NCBI GenBank assembly: GCA_000165425.1
Contig: CT868664.1
Coordinates: 248,001 to 312,000, forward strand
Length of the DNA: 64,000 nucleotides
Reading direction: 5' to 3'
Origin: Paramecium tetraurelia
Lineage: Eukaryota
Position numbers and translations under genes: made by a program. Below are positions 44,430 to 56,541 of the stretch, piece after piece; the first letter of the stretch is position 1; each line of letters opens with the position of its first letter. The notes below the pieces were generated by a model. That model was not told the DNA's origin, made no database searches, and saw only the letters and a program-made list of their open reading frames with translations.

Positions 44430-45820
44430 TCAATTTTACTCAATTTTCTTTGGTAAATTTCTTTATCTTTCAGTCTAAGGTTCTTGATGTTTTATACTAG
44501 TCAGACTACATTATCTGGATAGTTTAGTTTAAGGTTCCTGATTGAATTCACATTAAGATCTCCCTTTCTAATACGATTTAAGTTTGTTGGCGTACCATGT
44601 GTTGACATCAAAATATTTATAATCAAGCAAGGCCTGAACAGCTTCCATAGCTTGGCAACAATCAAGTCTCTGTTGGGGTTCAGCTTTCACTAAGAGTTAC
44701 ACCAAATCAAAAACTGAACCCTTTTCTTTGATTGTGAATTAACACAATTTGTTATTTCTAAAAGTTTCTTTTTCATTTTCACTGTTGAATAGTCCATCTA
44801 AGGTCAGCAGTTTGTATAGAATGCAGCCAGCACTGAATAAGTCGACTTTAAAATCATAGGCTTGTTTCTTGTTCCAAACGTTTAGGACTTCTGGGGCAGA
44901 ATAGCCAGCCGTTCCACAAGAAGGATATTATTCTAGTTATTTACCATTGAGGCAGGCCAAACCGAAGTCAATTATTTTGATTTAATTATTATGATACATC
45001 AGATTTGCTGGTTTGAGATCCCTATGAATTATGCCATTTTGATGAATGCTTTGCAATCCTTTGAGGAGTGCCTAAATAAAATTTCGACTTTACCTCCATT
45101 ATGCTCAAGGCTTCTTACATAGTAAAGGGCTTATTTCTACGATCGAGATGTTATTTTAGATTGGATCCAGGGATATATTCGGTCACGATGTAATAGTTGA
45201 GTTCATCTTTGTAAACTTCTTTGATTTCTAGGATGTTCAAGGCATTAGATTGTTTGAGTCTTTTTAGTATTTCAATTTCATTTTTAATGGCTGGACTCTG
45301 ATTGTTTTGACACTTGACGCTCTTGATGGCCACACGATTGGAGGTGAATCTACAGATTTCCTTTGTGACCTTAACGATATTTGGATATAAGAACCTTTCC
45401 AAAAGAACCAGTTTGTAGGATTTCCTCCTTTTTGTAAAACACTTCTATTTTTTCGTAACACACAAAAGCACCCATCTTGGCCTTCAGATTGACCATATCA
45501 TTGGGATTTCCAAAAAAGTCTTTTATTTTATCTTAATATGGAAGCTAAAATCCAACTATTTTATTGTTCTAAAGAGACCAAGTGAATACTTTGTCAATCT
45601 TTAATTAATAGATATATTTTGGATCCTACTGGTTTTGTTTCTAGATAAAATTAACAATTTTGTTTACTTCACTTAGAGTGAGACTCTGATTTGTTAATTG
45701 CAAGTAATATTTTCGATTCAAGAAAAAGTGATGTCTCTCTACTATGCATTCATAGAGAATGTTGGCATTGTTTGCTAATGAAGTCTGTCCAGAAGACGTA
45801 GGAATTAACATTTATTACAT
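44430..45820 (-). CDS. Ser/Thr protein kinase (CAMK-like) with N-terminal PH-like region
   Basis: GSFGK, VAIK, HRDLKPANL, DFG, CGTAGYSAPE, DLFSAG. Confidence 0.9.
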
Positions 45821-46423
45821 TGTAAATAATAATACTCAATAAGCATTAATCTTACCATATTCAAATATCTCATCTTATGATAATATAACACAAAAATGGT
45901 TTAGCCGTTATTAATTCATCAAAACAAATTGGTACTCTAATTTTTACATTCACGATGTATCTATCTTTTTATCAGTGTGGCCATAATTGTTAGGTTAGTT
46001 TAATCAGTCGAATTAATCCAATAATTTTAGGATCAAAGTTGAGATGTTTTTAAACTTTATTTTATTTTTTTATAAACTATTTAGTATATACACATATTAA
46101 TTAATTATATATTTATTTATCTAACACTACGAGATGATTGTAAATGACTATTGAGATTATAGAGGCTCTACTTTTTGAATCTCCCCAGGAAATTCCAAAT
46201 CTCAGATATTTGAGCCTCCTTTTTGTATAGGATGCATTCTTGTATATGAATGTGCATTAAAAGAAGCTGAAAAGAAACTAGATGTGGTTGCAGTTTGCTT
46301 GAACACATCTTTATTGGATTGAATTTCTGTATGTAATGAAATGATTTATGCAAATTCAGATATGTGGAAATTTAAATAGTTTGCATATCAATTATATAAC
46401 ACAATAAATTTTAAATTAATTCG

Positions 46424-47145
46424 TCATTATTTAGCAGTGTTTGATAAGATGCCTCTAAAGATTTTTGATCCTCCAAAATTCAGAATCTAATTAATTTATA
46501 AAAGAAATTACTGGTGATTGAAGTTTACTTCCTTTGCCATTCTCCTTTTCGATCTTACAACTTGAAGGTTTGTGTTCCAAAGATTACGATCTTTCTTTCA
46601 ATTCTCCTGGAGTGGGAGGTAGATTGACTGGATTAGTGGCAGGAGTCTGATACTTAGCTGTTTTCAGTCTCCTTTTATTCTAATTAGCCAGACCTTCGGC
46701 CTTCTTGGCCTTTTCTCTTTATTCCTGTTTGATATGAATAAAAATAATATTACTTTAAGGAGTTTCTTTTCAGCTTCCTTTTGGGCGGATAAAATGAAGT
46801 TCTTAAAAATTAAAGAATCTCTAACAATCTTAGAGCAAGTGAGGCTTCTGAAATATTGATCTAGCAATTGCTTCCGTTCCTCTATCAAATCTGGGTCAGA
46901 ATTGACTGACTTCCACCAATGAGTTCCCGGAAATGAAGGTAGTGTTATTTTGAGAGTCTCGAGAGCTTGGTGAAACTTTTTAAGTTCTGAATATCTTTAT
47001 TGATTAGAGAAGACTAGTTGATTTTTTTAATTGAAAAAGCTTGTAAAATAGGAGATCAATGTTACTTTAATTGATAATACACTGTTTATTCAGTCTTTTG
47101 CGATTGAGAAACTGTGATTACGAAGTCTAATACATTGTCTTACAT
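46424..47145 (-). CDS. PX (Phox homology) domain protein
   Basis: QRYSELKKFHQALETLKITLPSFPGTHWW...IEERKQLLDQYFRSL; short introns. Confidence 0.82.
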
Positions 47146-47451
47146 TAAAATACTCTAATTTAATTGCACTAAATAATATTTTAATATTTGCTTAGATTCC
47201 ATATTGCTTAATGTTATATGATTCGTATTAAATACAATGTTCTTTGATTGGTTACCAGTAGGAGGGGAGAGCGGGTGGATATAGAAATAAAATGGAGGAT
47301 CGGTTATTTCTTAATGGGGAGCCAAAGAGAGGGATTCGAGTAATTGGAAGGAGGTGGGGAGGATGCAAAGAGATCTTTGATAAAATGGAATAGGAATTTT
47401 TGTGTATTATTAACGATATTATTAATATAAATAATTTTATAGTTAACTAGA

Positions 47452-49416
47452 ATGAATGAGTCAGACAAAGAGAATAAGAACGGTATCAGGCTCAATAACA
47501 GGAGGATTATCGGGAATTATTAGCTTAGTATTGAAATTATATTAATAACCAGTTAAAACATTGGGAGAAGGTACTTTTGGAAAGGTGAAGCTGGCCGTTC
47601 ATTTGAAATCGCAGGAGAAAGTGGCAATTAAAATATTGGAGAAGGAGAGAATAGTAGAAGTGGCAGATGTAGAACGAGTGTCCAGAGAAATACACATCTT
47701 GAAATTGATAAGACATAAACATGTAATTCAATTGTACGAAGTATGCATTTCCATACAATATGTAGATAATTGAAACTCCCAAGCATATCTTCATAGTGAT
47801 GGAATTTGCAAATGGAGGGGAGCTCTTTGAATATATAGTCAAACATTAACGACTTTAAGAAATTGAGGCCTGCAAATTTTATCAATAACTGATATCAGGT
47901 ATCGAGTACTTACACAAACTCTGTATCGTACATCGAGACCTCAAGCCAGAAAATCTACTCTTAGACTTCAACAATTCTATAAAAATCGTAGATTTTGGAT
48001 TAGGGAACACGTACAAAAAAGGGGAGTTGCTTAAAACAGCTTGTGGCAGTCCCTGTTATGCAGCTCCAGAAATGATAGCTGGCCAGAAATACGATTGTTT
48101 GATGGTCGACATTTGGAGCAGCGGAGTCATCCTATTCGCTAGCATTTGTGGATACTTGCCCTTTGAAGTATGATTTAAATACATATTCTAGGATCAAAAC
48201 ACCTCGGCTCTCTATAAAAAAATACTCAACGGAGAATACTAGATACCCAAATTCGTTTCCAATGAAGGAGCTAATTTCATCAAAGCTGTTTTAACAACCG
48301 ATCCCAAAAAGAGGATTACAGTCGAACAAATGAAAGCACATCCCTGGTTTAACCTCTACTAAAGTTAGTCCAAGATCTCGCCAGGAATCATCGTTGGATA
48401 TAACAGAATGCCTATTGATGACTCAGTTGTAGATTCCTTATCCCAACAAGGCTATGACAAAGAATACATCATTAAGTGTTTGGATGCTAACAAACACAAT
48501 GATGTTACAACTGCTTACTATTTGGCATTAAAACGTAATTTAATCAATGGAATTCAATCCAAAGCTGACATCAACAGCAGCGTTTTCGAAGAATCCCTAT
48601 TGGAACCCAAATAAAGACCTAAAAAACGTACTCATCCATCATAATATCTCTTTAGCTCCCATTTCCAATATCGTTGCCACTTCCATCTTCAAATAAAATA
48701 GATCTGGTTCAGTTTAATAGAATGGACAAACCAACAACAATTCTTAAAATAGAGGCAAGAGTGTTCCCTAAGCCATTAGTGATGACCAAACCTAAATGCT
48801 TGTTAACTATGCTCATAAGATGAAATACCAACCCATCAACCCACAATAGAAATTTGCCATACCCACTGATGTCACTCAAATAATCTCACTTTAATCTGTC
48901 GATGACACTTTAGAGAGACCTAAGTCTATTTCTTATCACATTCCCAAAAAGACTCCTACCAATCACTAGTCTTCTGAACATAATAAAAGCAAGACTGGAG
49001 TCTAAAGAGATTCAGTCTCACCACAATCCAAATCTAAACAAAAGAAAAGCTTGCAATCTAAATAAGTGAATTCCTCCTTTGAATATGTCAGTGCCAATAA
49101 TTACAGTACCAAACAAACTGAAGAACGCAAGAAAAGCAATAGCAAACACACAACCAAAGATCTATTTGATTTAACCAACTATCAAAAAAAGTTAATGATT
49201 GATTGCAATCAAAAACCTACAAGTTAATTGTGGCAATTACAAAATAACTTTAGATAGAACTCCAGATTGTATGAGATACCAACTTCGACCAAAACTAGTA
49301 ACTCTGTTAATAAAAGATCAAAAGTTATCAAACAAGAAAATAATAATAAGAGTACAAATCAAAAAAGTACTTTAAATAATAGTTTTAATTTTGATAAAAA
49401 ATCTTATTATAATTGA
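47452..49416 (+). CDS. SNF1/AMPK/MARK-related Ser/Thr kinase with UBA-like region
   Basis: GEGTFGKV, VAIKILEK, HRDLKPENLL, DFGL, KTACGSPCYAAPE, DIWSSG; UBA-like LDANKHNDVTTAYYL; several introns. Confidence 0.95.
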
Positions 49417-49606
49417 AAATACTAAAACTTCATAGTTTGAGTATGATAATTATACACATTCATATATCATTTTTTATTATTATTATTTTGTTAAACTCTC
49501 TCTTACATTAGATTACATCACATTATGTATTATAGAAATGTGTATTAGAATATATAAATAAATAATGTTTACTACTTAAAATTACTAAAAAATATCAATT
49601 TAATAT

Positions 49607-52410
49607 TCATTTTGGCATTAATTTGAAATCTTAAAAATGTAAATCAACTTCTCTATTTATTAAAAATAAAGAGTTCAGGACAATATTTTGATATGATTTA
49701 TTGTTAATCATCCTCTAAAATGTTTCTTTCATGTTTCTATTATAAATGTTATGCATATATATACTTATATTCCTCTATCTTTTTATCATGAATCTCAAGT
49801 GTTAGGTCTATCATCCAAAAAAATAGTTTTAATAAATACAACTATTTGTTGGCTAGTAAAATCTTCGTTAATTTTGAAATGTCAATTAAGACTAAATATT
49901 ACTTAAACTTATTTTCATTGAATTATTCAATTTTGCTGCATTGAATCAGGAAGTTAAAGGCTTACAACAAATCAAAAGTGTGCTTCTGTCTAGGATTGGA
50001 CACAGCAATTTAGTAAACTGTTGAAAATAGATTGTAATATTATTTGGGGTTGTTATTGTTTTTAACGAAAAACTTAGGTGTAGCACTTGAAGTAAATCTT
50101 AATTCTTGAGCCTTCAAATTGAATTAGCATTCCGTTGTCAACAATATTATGCCAGATATGTAATATAAATTCATTGCTAAATGTGTAAACCCTGTTTTTC
50201 TGAATTCTAAATAGCTCTTAAGATCTTCCATTCTCATATCGATATTGTTAATAAAAGCTTTATGTGTGGCCAGCAATTCGTTCTAATTAAATGTTTAAAT
50301 TTACAATGTTATTTCCTTTGATGATGTTTTCAATAAAATCTTTATGATATTCAAGAAGATTTTATTGGAACTGCTCTTGCACTATAGATTCGATAAAATC
50401 TTAAGTTTTTTGATTGTCTCCAAACATATTCTCAAAATTTTCAAAGAATTTTTTGTTCTAAAATACTTCAACTCCATATTTATATTTCATCATCTCGGCC
50501 TGAATTTTATCGATTGCTTGCTCAAGATTAGGTTCAGTAAGTATAATTAATAATCCTCCGATATCTGGATATTTTTCAAATACTAATCCAAGGATTTCAT
50601 TCAAAATCAAATTCAATTCAAGCATTGTATTTTCATTTTTTATTCCCAAAAGGGATTGCACTATAAAGAATAATGTGAAATATTCTAATTTAGAAACTAA
50701 GGAAGCAGACGAATTGTAAATTTCCTTTAAGACTTCCTCATACCTTTGTAAGAGAATGTCCATTTTATAGCCAATCTTCCTTGGAATGGCATCTTATAAA
50801 TCCTGTAAAGACCAATTATCACTTTCATTATCATTTAGGATATGAGTAGTTTTCAGAGTCATCCATAGGAATAAATCTTGATCCTATGGAAAATGATTGT
50901 TTTCAAAGACCGGTGATACTGACCCAGAATCGAAGGCAATCAAATAACATTGTTCGAATAATTCATCATCGCAAAATTAATCAAGTTTTTATATTTTTTA
51001 TTGATTTGTTTCACTAATAGATTAGTTTAAGAGAATTACTTCCTAACTTCCAAGAGTTCAAAAAACAATTGGTACTTTTGATTCTTGGCAACTTAAAACA
51101 TGATAGACTTCGCTTATTTTAATTATCCACATCTCATCAATAGGAATAAAATTCCACTTGGGTAATATTAACCAACTCTCTGGATGTTAAGACCTTTGGC
51201 CAAGATATCATAGTAAATATCTTTAAATTTCTCTAAAGATAGCAGAATATGGATTACAATTAATATTGGCTAAGTCCATGACTCCAATTCTTCTACTCAT
51301 TTCACTTTCCAACAGTCGTATTGAGTTCTAAAGCAGATCCTTTTGAATTTTTTGGGATTGGAACTAAATTCCTTTAAATTAGAGGGACAACAATCTCATA
51401 ATATCTTTGTGATCACTTTGGATGTTAACAAAGCATGAAAACAAAGATTCGTAATAATCTGCTTTATCAATATTCTCCTTCATTTGTCGTAATTTTTAGA
51501 ATTCCAAAAATTGCTCCAATTTCTAGTAAAATTCTTGTTCAATAAACAATTTTTCAATAATGAATTGATTGTGTGTGTTAAAAGAGATAGATTTGATGGA
51601 GACCGATTTAGGTTGGACTTGATCTGCTTTATTCTCATGTAACAGGTTTATTAGTTCTTTTGTATGTCTACTCTGTGTTAGCGCTTCTTTTTTCTAAATT
51701 GAATTTATCATCTATAAATGATGCTAATATTGTTACATTTTTGTTCGTTTGAACTCTGTTATTGAGTTCTAAGTAGTTAGACACTTGTTGTGAATACAAT
51801 TCCTTGACTTTAAGTTAAGATTAAAACAATAGATTTTGTTTCTCTTGATCTGCTTTGATTCTTTAACTCAATCTCTATAATTCATCTTTCTTGGTGTATT
51901 CTAAATTACGCTCATTCAAGTTAAATTTTTGAAATAATTAACACACCTTCTAACTGAGAGTGTCAACCAATAAATCTAATATAATTATTTAAATAATACA
52001 TTGAGTTTGTTTAACATTAATTTGCTTTTGGAATTTTTTCTGGATCCTATTTTTTAAATACTTGGTTTGCTGCACGAATACTTGCAATTCCTACTATTTT
52101 GTCTATGAATATTAGGCAATCATAATTACCAATTCTGGCTTTTCCTTGTAATACTTAACCAGGTTCTCGAATTCGCTTTTCTTGAGTGCTTGATTTTGAG
52201 CTTACAAAGGTGTAGTTGTAGGCTATAATGGCTGCAATTATTGAGCTGGTTATGGCTACGGCAATAACCCTTATTGTGTTTAGTTTGCTGGTGGTAATGT
52301 TTGGGCTATGTTAGAATTATCGAATTACGCTAACCAAATATCGATGGGGGCTACTGTGTGTTCGGTTGTGGATTAGGAATCGTTGTTGACTGCAATCCAA
52401 AATTAATCAT
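49607..52410 (-). CDS. Divergent Nup93/Nic96-like nucleoporin
   Basis: YPSGILFLLMRCGQLKQAKSIM (cf. Nup93 [21 protein letters not shown]) and QDLFLWMTL (cf. EDYLWLKL); P/Q-rich N-terminus; 3' end depends on an intron at ~49737-49764. Confidence 0.55.
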
Positions 52411-52588
52411 TAGAGCACTTTTTATTTAAAATATTAAAAATTATTAACCACCCTTCATTATACTGAGTAATCTTATTTAAAAGAATCTCAGTAATTTTGG
52501 AGGGTAGGAAATCTCAGTAATGAGCATTGTGAATAGAATTAATCAGCAAGTAAAATAGATAAGTACATATATATATAGAAAAAGTAAT

Positions 52589-52801
52589 TCATCTGAGTTT
52601 GCCAATGGTTGATTTGTGCATTTTAGTAATTCTGAAAGTGCTAATAGACTTTTTTTATTGGAAGTCCATTTCACCAAAATCTAATTTTCTTTGTACACAT
52701 TGCATCTCAGCATCGCTGAATGTTTTTTGGAATTTATCCGCGAATGGTAAGCTGTGCATGTATGTTGTTTTGCTTGATGATTTTGGAGGTGTGAAAGACA
52801 T
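52589..52801 (-). CDS. 70-aa microprotein with CDK site and cyclin-docking RxL motif
   Basis: MSFTPPKSSSKTTYMHSLPFADKFQKTFSDAEMQCVQRKLDFGEMDFQQKKSISTFRITKMHKSTIGKLR-TGA; ATG preceded by AAA and AT-rich flank; GC higher than flanks. Confidence 0.65.
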
Positions 52802-52971
52802 TTTGTAAACAATAATTTTTATTATTAAAAATATTATTATTATTTTTTATGCCTATATGTATAAACTACTTTATTTTTCTACTATTTTATTCACTTGTCA
52901 CATAAAAATTTAATTTTGTTTAAGCTCATTAAAATTATACGTTGTATGTTTAAATTCAAATTAAATTAATT

Positions 52972-54395
52972 ATGAACAATAAAGGCATGTTTAAGCACAG
53001 GGACATCAACACTTTTTTAACCAACCATCCAGCTGCAGAAAAACAAAAGAAAAAACCATTTGAATATTTGAATCTGTCCTATTCCAAGCAATTTGATGGT
53101 TCACCCATGAAGAAGCAACCTTACACATCGAAAGCCAACGAAAATTAATGTAAAAGTCAATAAGAACCTTTGTTTCTAAGACAAAACACTCTTCCCAATT
53201 ATGAACCAACAAGATGTTCTAGCCTCAAAAATGGAATCATCAAAGCTTATGCCGCAAACACAAATTAGGGATTAGTGAGAGATTACAATGAAGATAGAGT
53301 CTCAATCATACTAAACATCATTAAACCTTAGAGCAGAGAAAATGAACCATGGCCCAAATGTTCCTACTTTGGAGTCTACGACGGACATGGTGGTTCAGCA
53401 TGTGCAGACTTTTTGAGAGACAACTTGCATTAATTTGTAGTCAAGGAACCAGACTTCCCCTGGAATCCGATCAACGCTATAACAAAAGGATTCGAAGCAG
53501 CAGAAAAATGCTTCTTACAAATGGCCCAAGATTCATTTAATTAAGGCATCCCAGAGAGAAGTGGGTCATGTGCAATCGTCATATTGATGATTGGAGATTC
53601 TTGTTATGTAGCAAATGTAGGAGATAGCAGAGCAATATTGAGTGCAGAAAGTGGGAAAAAGGTAATTGATCTTTCAAAAGATCATAAGCCAGAATTAGAG
53701 AGGGATAGAATTATTAAAGGAGGAGGGCAGGTTTATCAAACGCATGGTGTTAATGGAGAAGGTTAAACAATCTTAGGACCAATGAGAGTGAACCCTGGAA
53801 GATTATCTGTTTCAAGAACTTTTGGTGATATCGAAGCAAAATTAGAGAAATTTGGTGGGAATCCAAAGATTGTCATAGCTGAACCAGAAATCAAACATAT
53901 TAAGATAGTTAATGATCACGATTTTATTGTTCTCGGAAGTAATAATGACATATGTAATCGTAGGTGATGGGATATTTGATACAATGAGTTCAAAGGATGT
54001 GATTACTTAGATTTGGAAGGATGTTTAACAGAGTCAAAATACAAATGATCTACATGATATGATGTCAAATGCAGTTGAGTCAGTAATAAAGGAAAGTCTA
54101 TTGCGTAAGACTACTGACAATGTGACTTTATTAATTATAGCCTTTTCAGTGACTCCTTTGAGAGAGTAGGAAGTAAGGGTTAAGACAACGTCATATATTG
54201 ATAAACTAGTTAATTTTCCATAAAGCAGCAACTCGACTAATTTAAGAACTAAGTATGTGTGTGTATATTAATGATTATAGAAAGTACAATGATGAAAATA
54301 ATCCATTTTTCATGAATGCTCAAAAATTGAAATAAAATCCCAAGTTAATGAAAAGCAATTTTGAAGATAATTTTCAGTATCGCTTAATCGGTTGA
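52972..54395 (+). CDS. Protein phosphatase 2C (PPM family)
   Basis: RDYNEDR, FGVYDGHGG, SGSCA, ANVGDSRAIL, DHKP, LSVSRTFGD, GSDGIFD (across intron ~53939-53963), TDNVT. Confidence 0.95.
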
Positions 54396-54556
54396 TGATT
54401 TTAATGAAAAACAATTAAATTTGAATTTTATTTCAAAATATAATAATGTCTCTCGCAAATATAAGTTAATGTTCTCATTAAGAGAAACAGCTAAAAATAA
54501 CGGGATTTTAGAAGGCAATTTAATAATATATTGTAATATTAATTAATCATCTAAAT

Positions 54557-55609
54557 ATGTCAAATTTTATACCCTCTCAAAAATTATCAGACTTGCTGAA
54601 ACATGAAGGAAGATCAAATTCGATGCATTCGTTCTATAATAATAGATCATCTTGCTACTCGACGATTAATTTGAATAGCTCTTTACTGAATGGATGGGAT
54701 ACTCAGAATCATCAACCTATCTCAATTTTAACTTCAAATCGAAGTGATGTCAAATAGATCAATGCATCTGCCTCAAAATAAGTAATGCACCCTTATAGTT
54801 AAGGATATCACGAATGAGATAGTATCATCTAAACATGAAAGGAGATCGTCTACTCATCTATTTGTTCATTCTGGATTGGATGCTTATGAGAAGTACCAGA
54901 GTTAGCCAAGGAGAGATATGAAGATATATCCAAACTTTAAATAGGAATTGTTGCATGAGGTAGTGAAGATAGAAAAACCATTTTATATTACTTCTGTTGA
55001 AGAGGTGGAAAGGTATTGGAAAGCAAAGGAGCTCATGCTATTCAGACAGAAAAGTTAATTGGAATTCGAAATAAAGTTGTAAGCACAACTTGCTAATAAA
55101 AAGCCAGTCATTCTTAAGGTAGAACCATTGCAAGAGATCTCATAGACGGAAGTTGAAATATAATAGTTAGAAATATTATTGAAGTATGAGTCCCTATTAA
55201 GAATAGGAACTAGAACAAGAAGGTTAATGAATTGAAATTGGAAAGTGAGGAATTGGATGTTAAATTTGAGAACTTGTTGGATTAAGACAATGATACACAA
55301 TTTCTCAGATATGAAAAACAGCTTAAGCATATTTAACAATCATTTAAGGATTTGAATAGAAGGTTTCATGAGACTGAAGAACAAATATCAATGAAAGAAA
55401 ATGAGATTGAATCAAGAAAGAAACAAATGCAGCGGAAGTCTTCAATAATAATGCCTTCGAATCTAAGGAACTCTATGACTGACTCCAAATTTAAATAGAG
55501 GTCTTCTTTTAAGAGATAGAGTATAAACTCTGGAACCATGAGTCCGACTCGAGTGACCTTCTCATAAAGAAGCTAACCCTCAGAAGAGTGCATAAAATTC
55601 AAACATTGA
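54557..55609 (+). CDS. Hypothetical coiled-coil protein
   Basis: MSNFIPSQKLSDLLKHEG..., E/Q/K-rich coiled-coil second half, TGA 55607-55609. Confidence 0.6.
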
Positions 55610-55694
55610 TATTATTTCTATTCTGTTTAAATATTGTAAACATAAAGTGTTTTAGATTATTAATTGTTAATCTATAATGTGATAAACAATCTTA

Positions 55695-56522
55695 TCACTT
55701 TCCAAATAATGTACTTCTAATTATTGGTAATGAGTCTTAAAAGGTTTGCTCAGTTCTAACATCTAGTGTATTTTTGCAAACGATCAGACCCTCTTTATTG
55801 GTTAAAAGGATTCCCCCGAAGCATTTCTTATCATTTTCTGTTTTGGAAATGACCTTGGGATATCAAGGATTTCAAATACCTCCGAGGCAGATTCCTATAA
55901 TGAGTAATCTTGAACTCCTTTTATTGAGTTGTCAATGAGAGTTCTTTCGTCCAAACATTTATCTTCATCAACTTCTATTTTGACTTCAAATTCAAGGCCA
56001 TTCAATTCTTTTCTTAGGATATCCTAAAATTCAGCTATGGCATCATCGATCACATTCTTTACATGTCTGATATCTCGATGGAGGCATCTACTATGTAATT
56101 TCAAGATTACCTAACTACAACTTCGTGCTCAAACAATTTGATTAGACCTTGCACAATTAAATTTTTGAGTAATTCCTCATAAAATCGCTCATCCTATCTG
56201 ATCATTTTATATATTTAGTATTAGGACTATGAGACTAAGATTATCAATGTACATCAGAGTAGATCTTCATTAAAGCTTAATTTCTGGCATTCATCAATCT
56301 CATTCTAGCCCCATTGACAAGTGCACTGTGCTTGATTCTCTCTTATTGTGCTTTCTTCTTATATTTTGTATTGATTTCTTCTTAAATATTAGATTTCTCT
56401 CTCTCAACAATCTGCTTCTTCTCCTTCTCAAATTGCTTAAATGCCTTAACTTCAATCTCAAAGCATTTTTCTCTTGCTTCCTATAACACGAAGTCAGCCA
56501 AGGATATTTAGTCCTAATACAT
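55695..56522 (-). CDS. ATP6V1E: V-type ATPase subunit E
   Basis: FVLQEAREKCFEIEVKAFKQFEKEK at the N-terminus; C-terminal GGILLTNKEGLIVCKNTLDVRTEQTFQDSLPIIRSTLFGK. Confidence 0.9.
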
Positions 56523-56541
56523 AAAATGTAATTTTAATTAA

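Noticed and set aside
46000..46390. Possible small minus-strand gene (MQTIQISTYLNLHKSF...)
   Set aside because: No recognisable motif, and competing frames are equally plausible; cannot be supported.
52599..52808. Plus-strand 69-aa ORF in the ORF track
   Set aside because: Starts at TTG and ends at TAA, which is not a stop in this code; it is the antisense shadow of the minus-strand microprotein.
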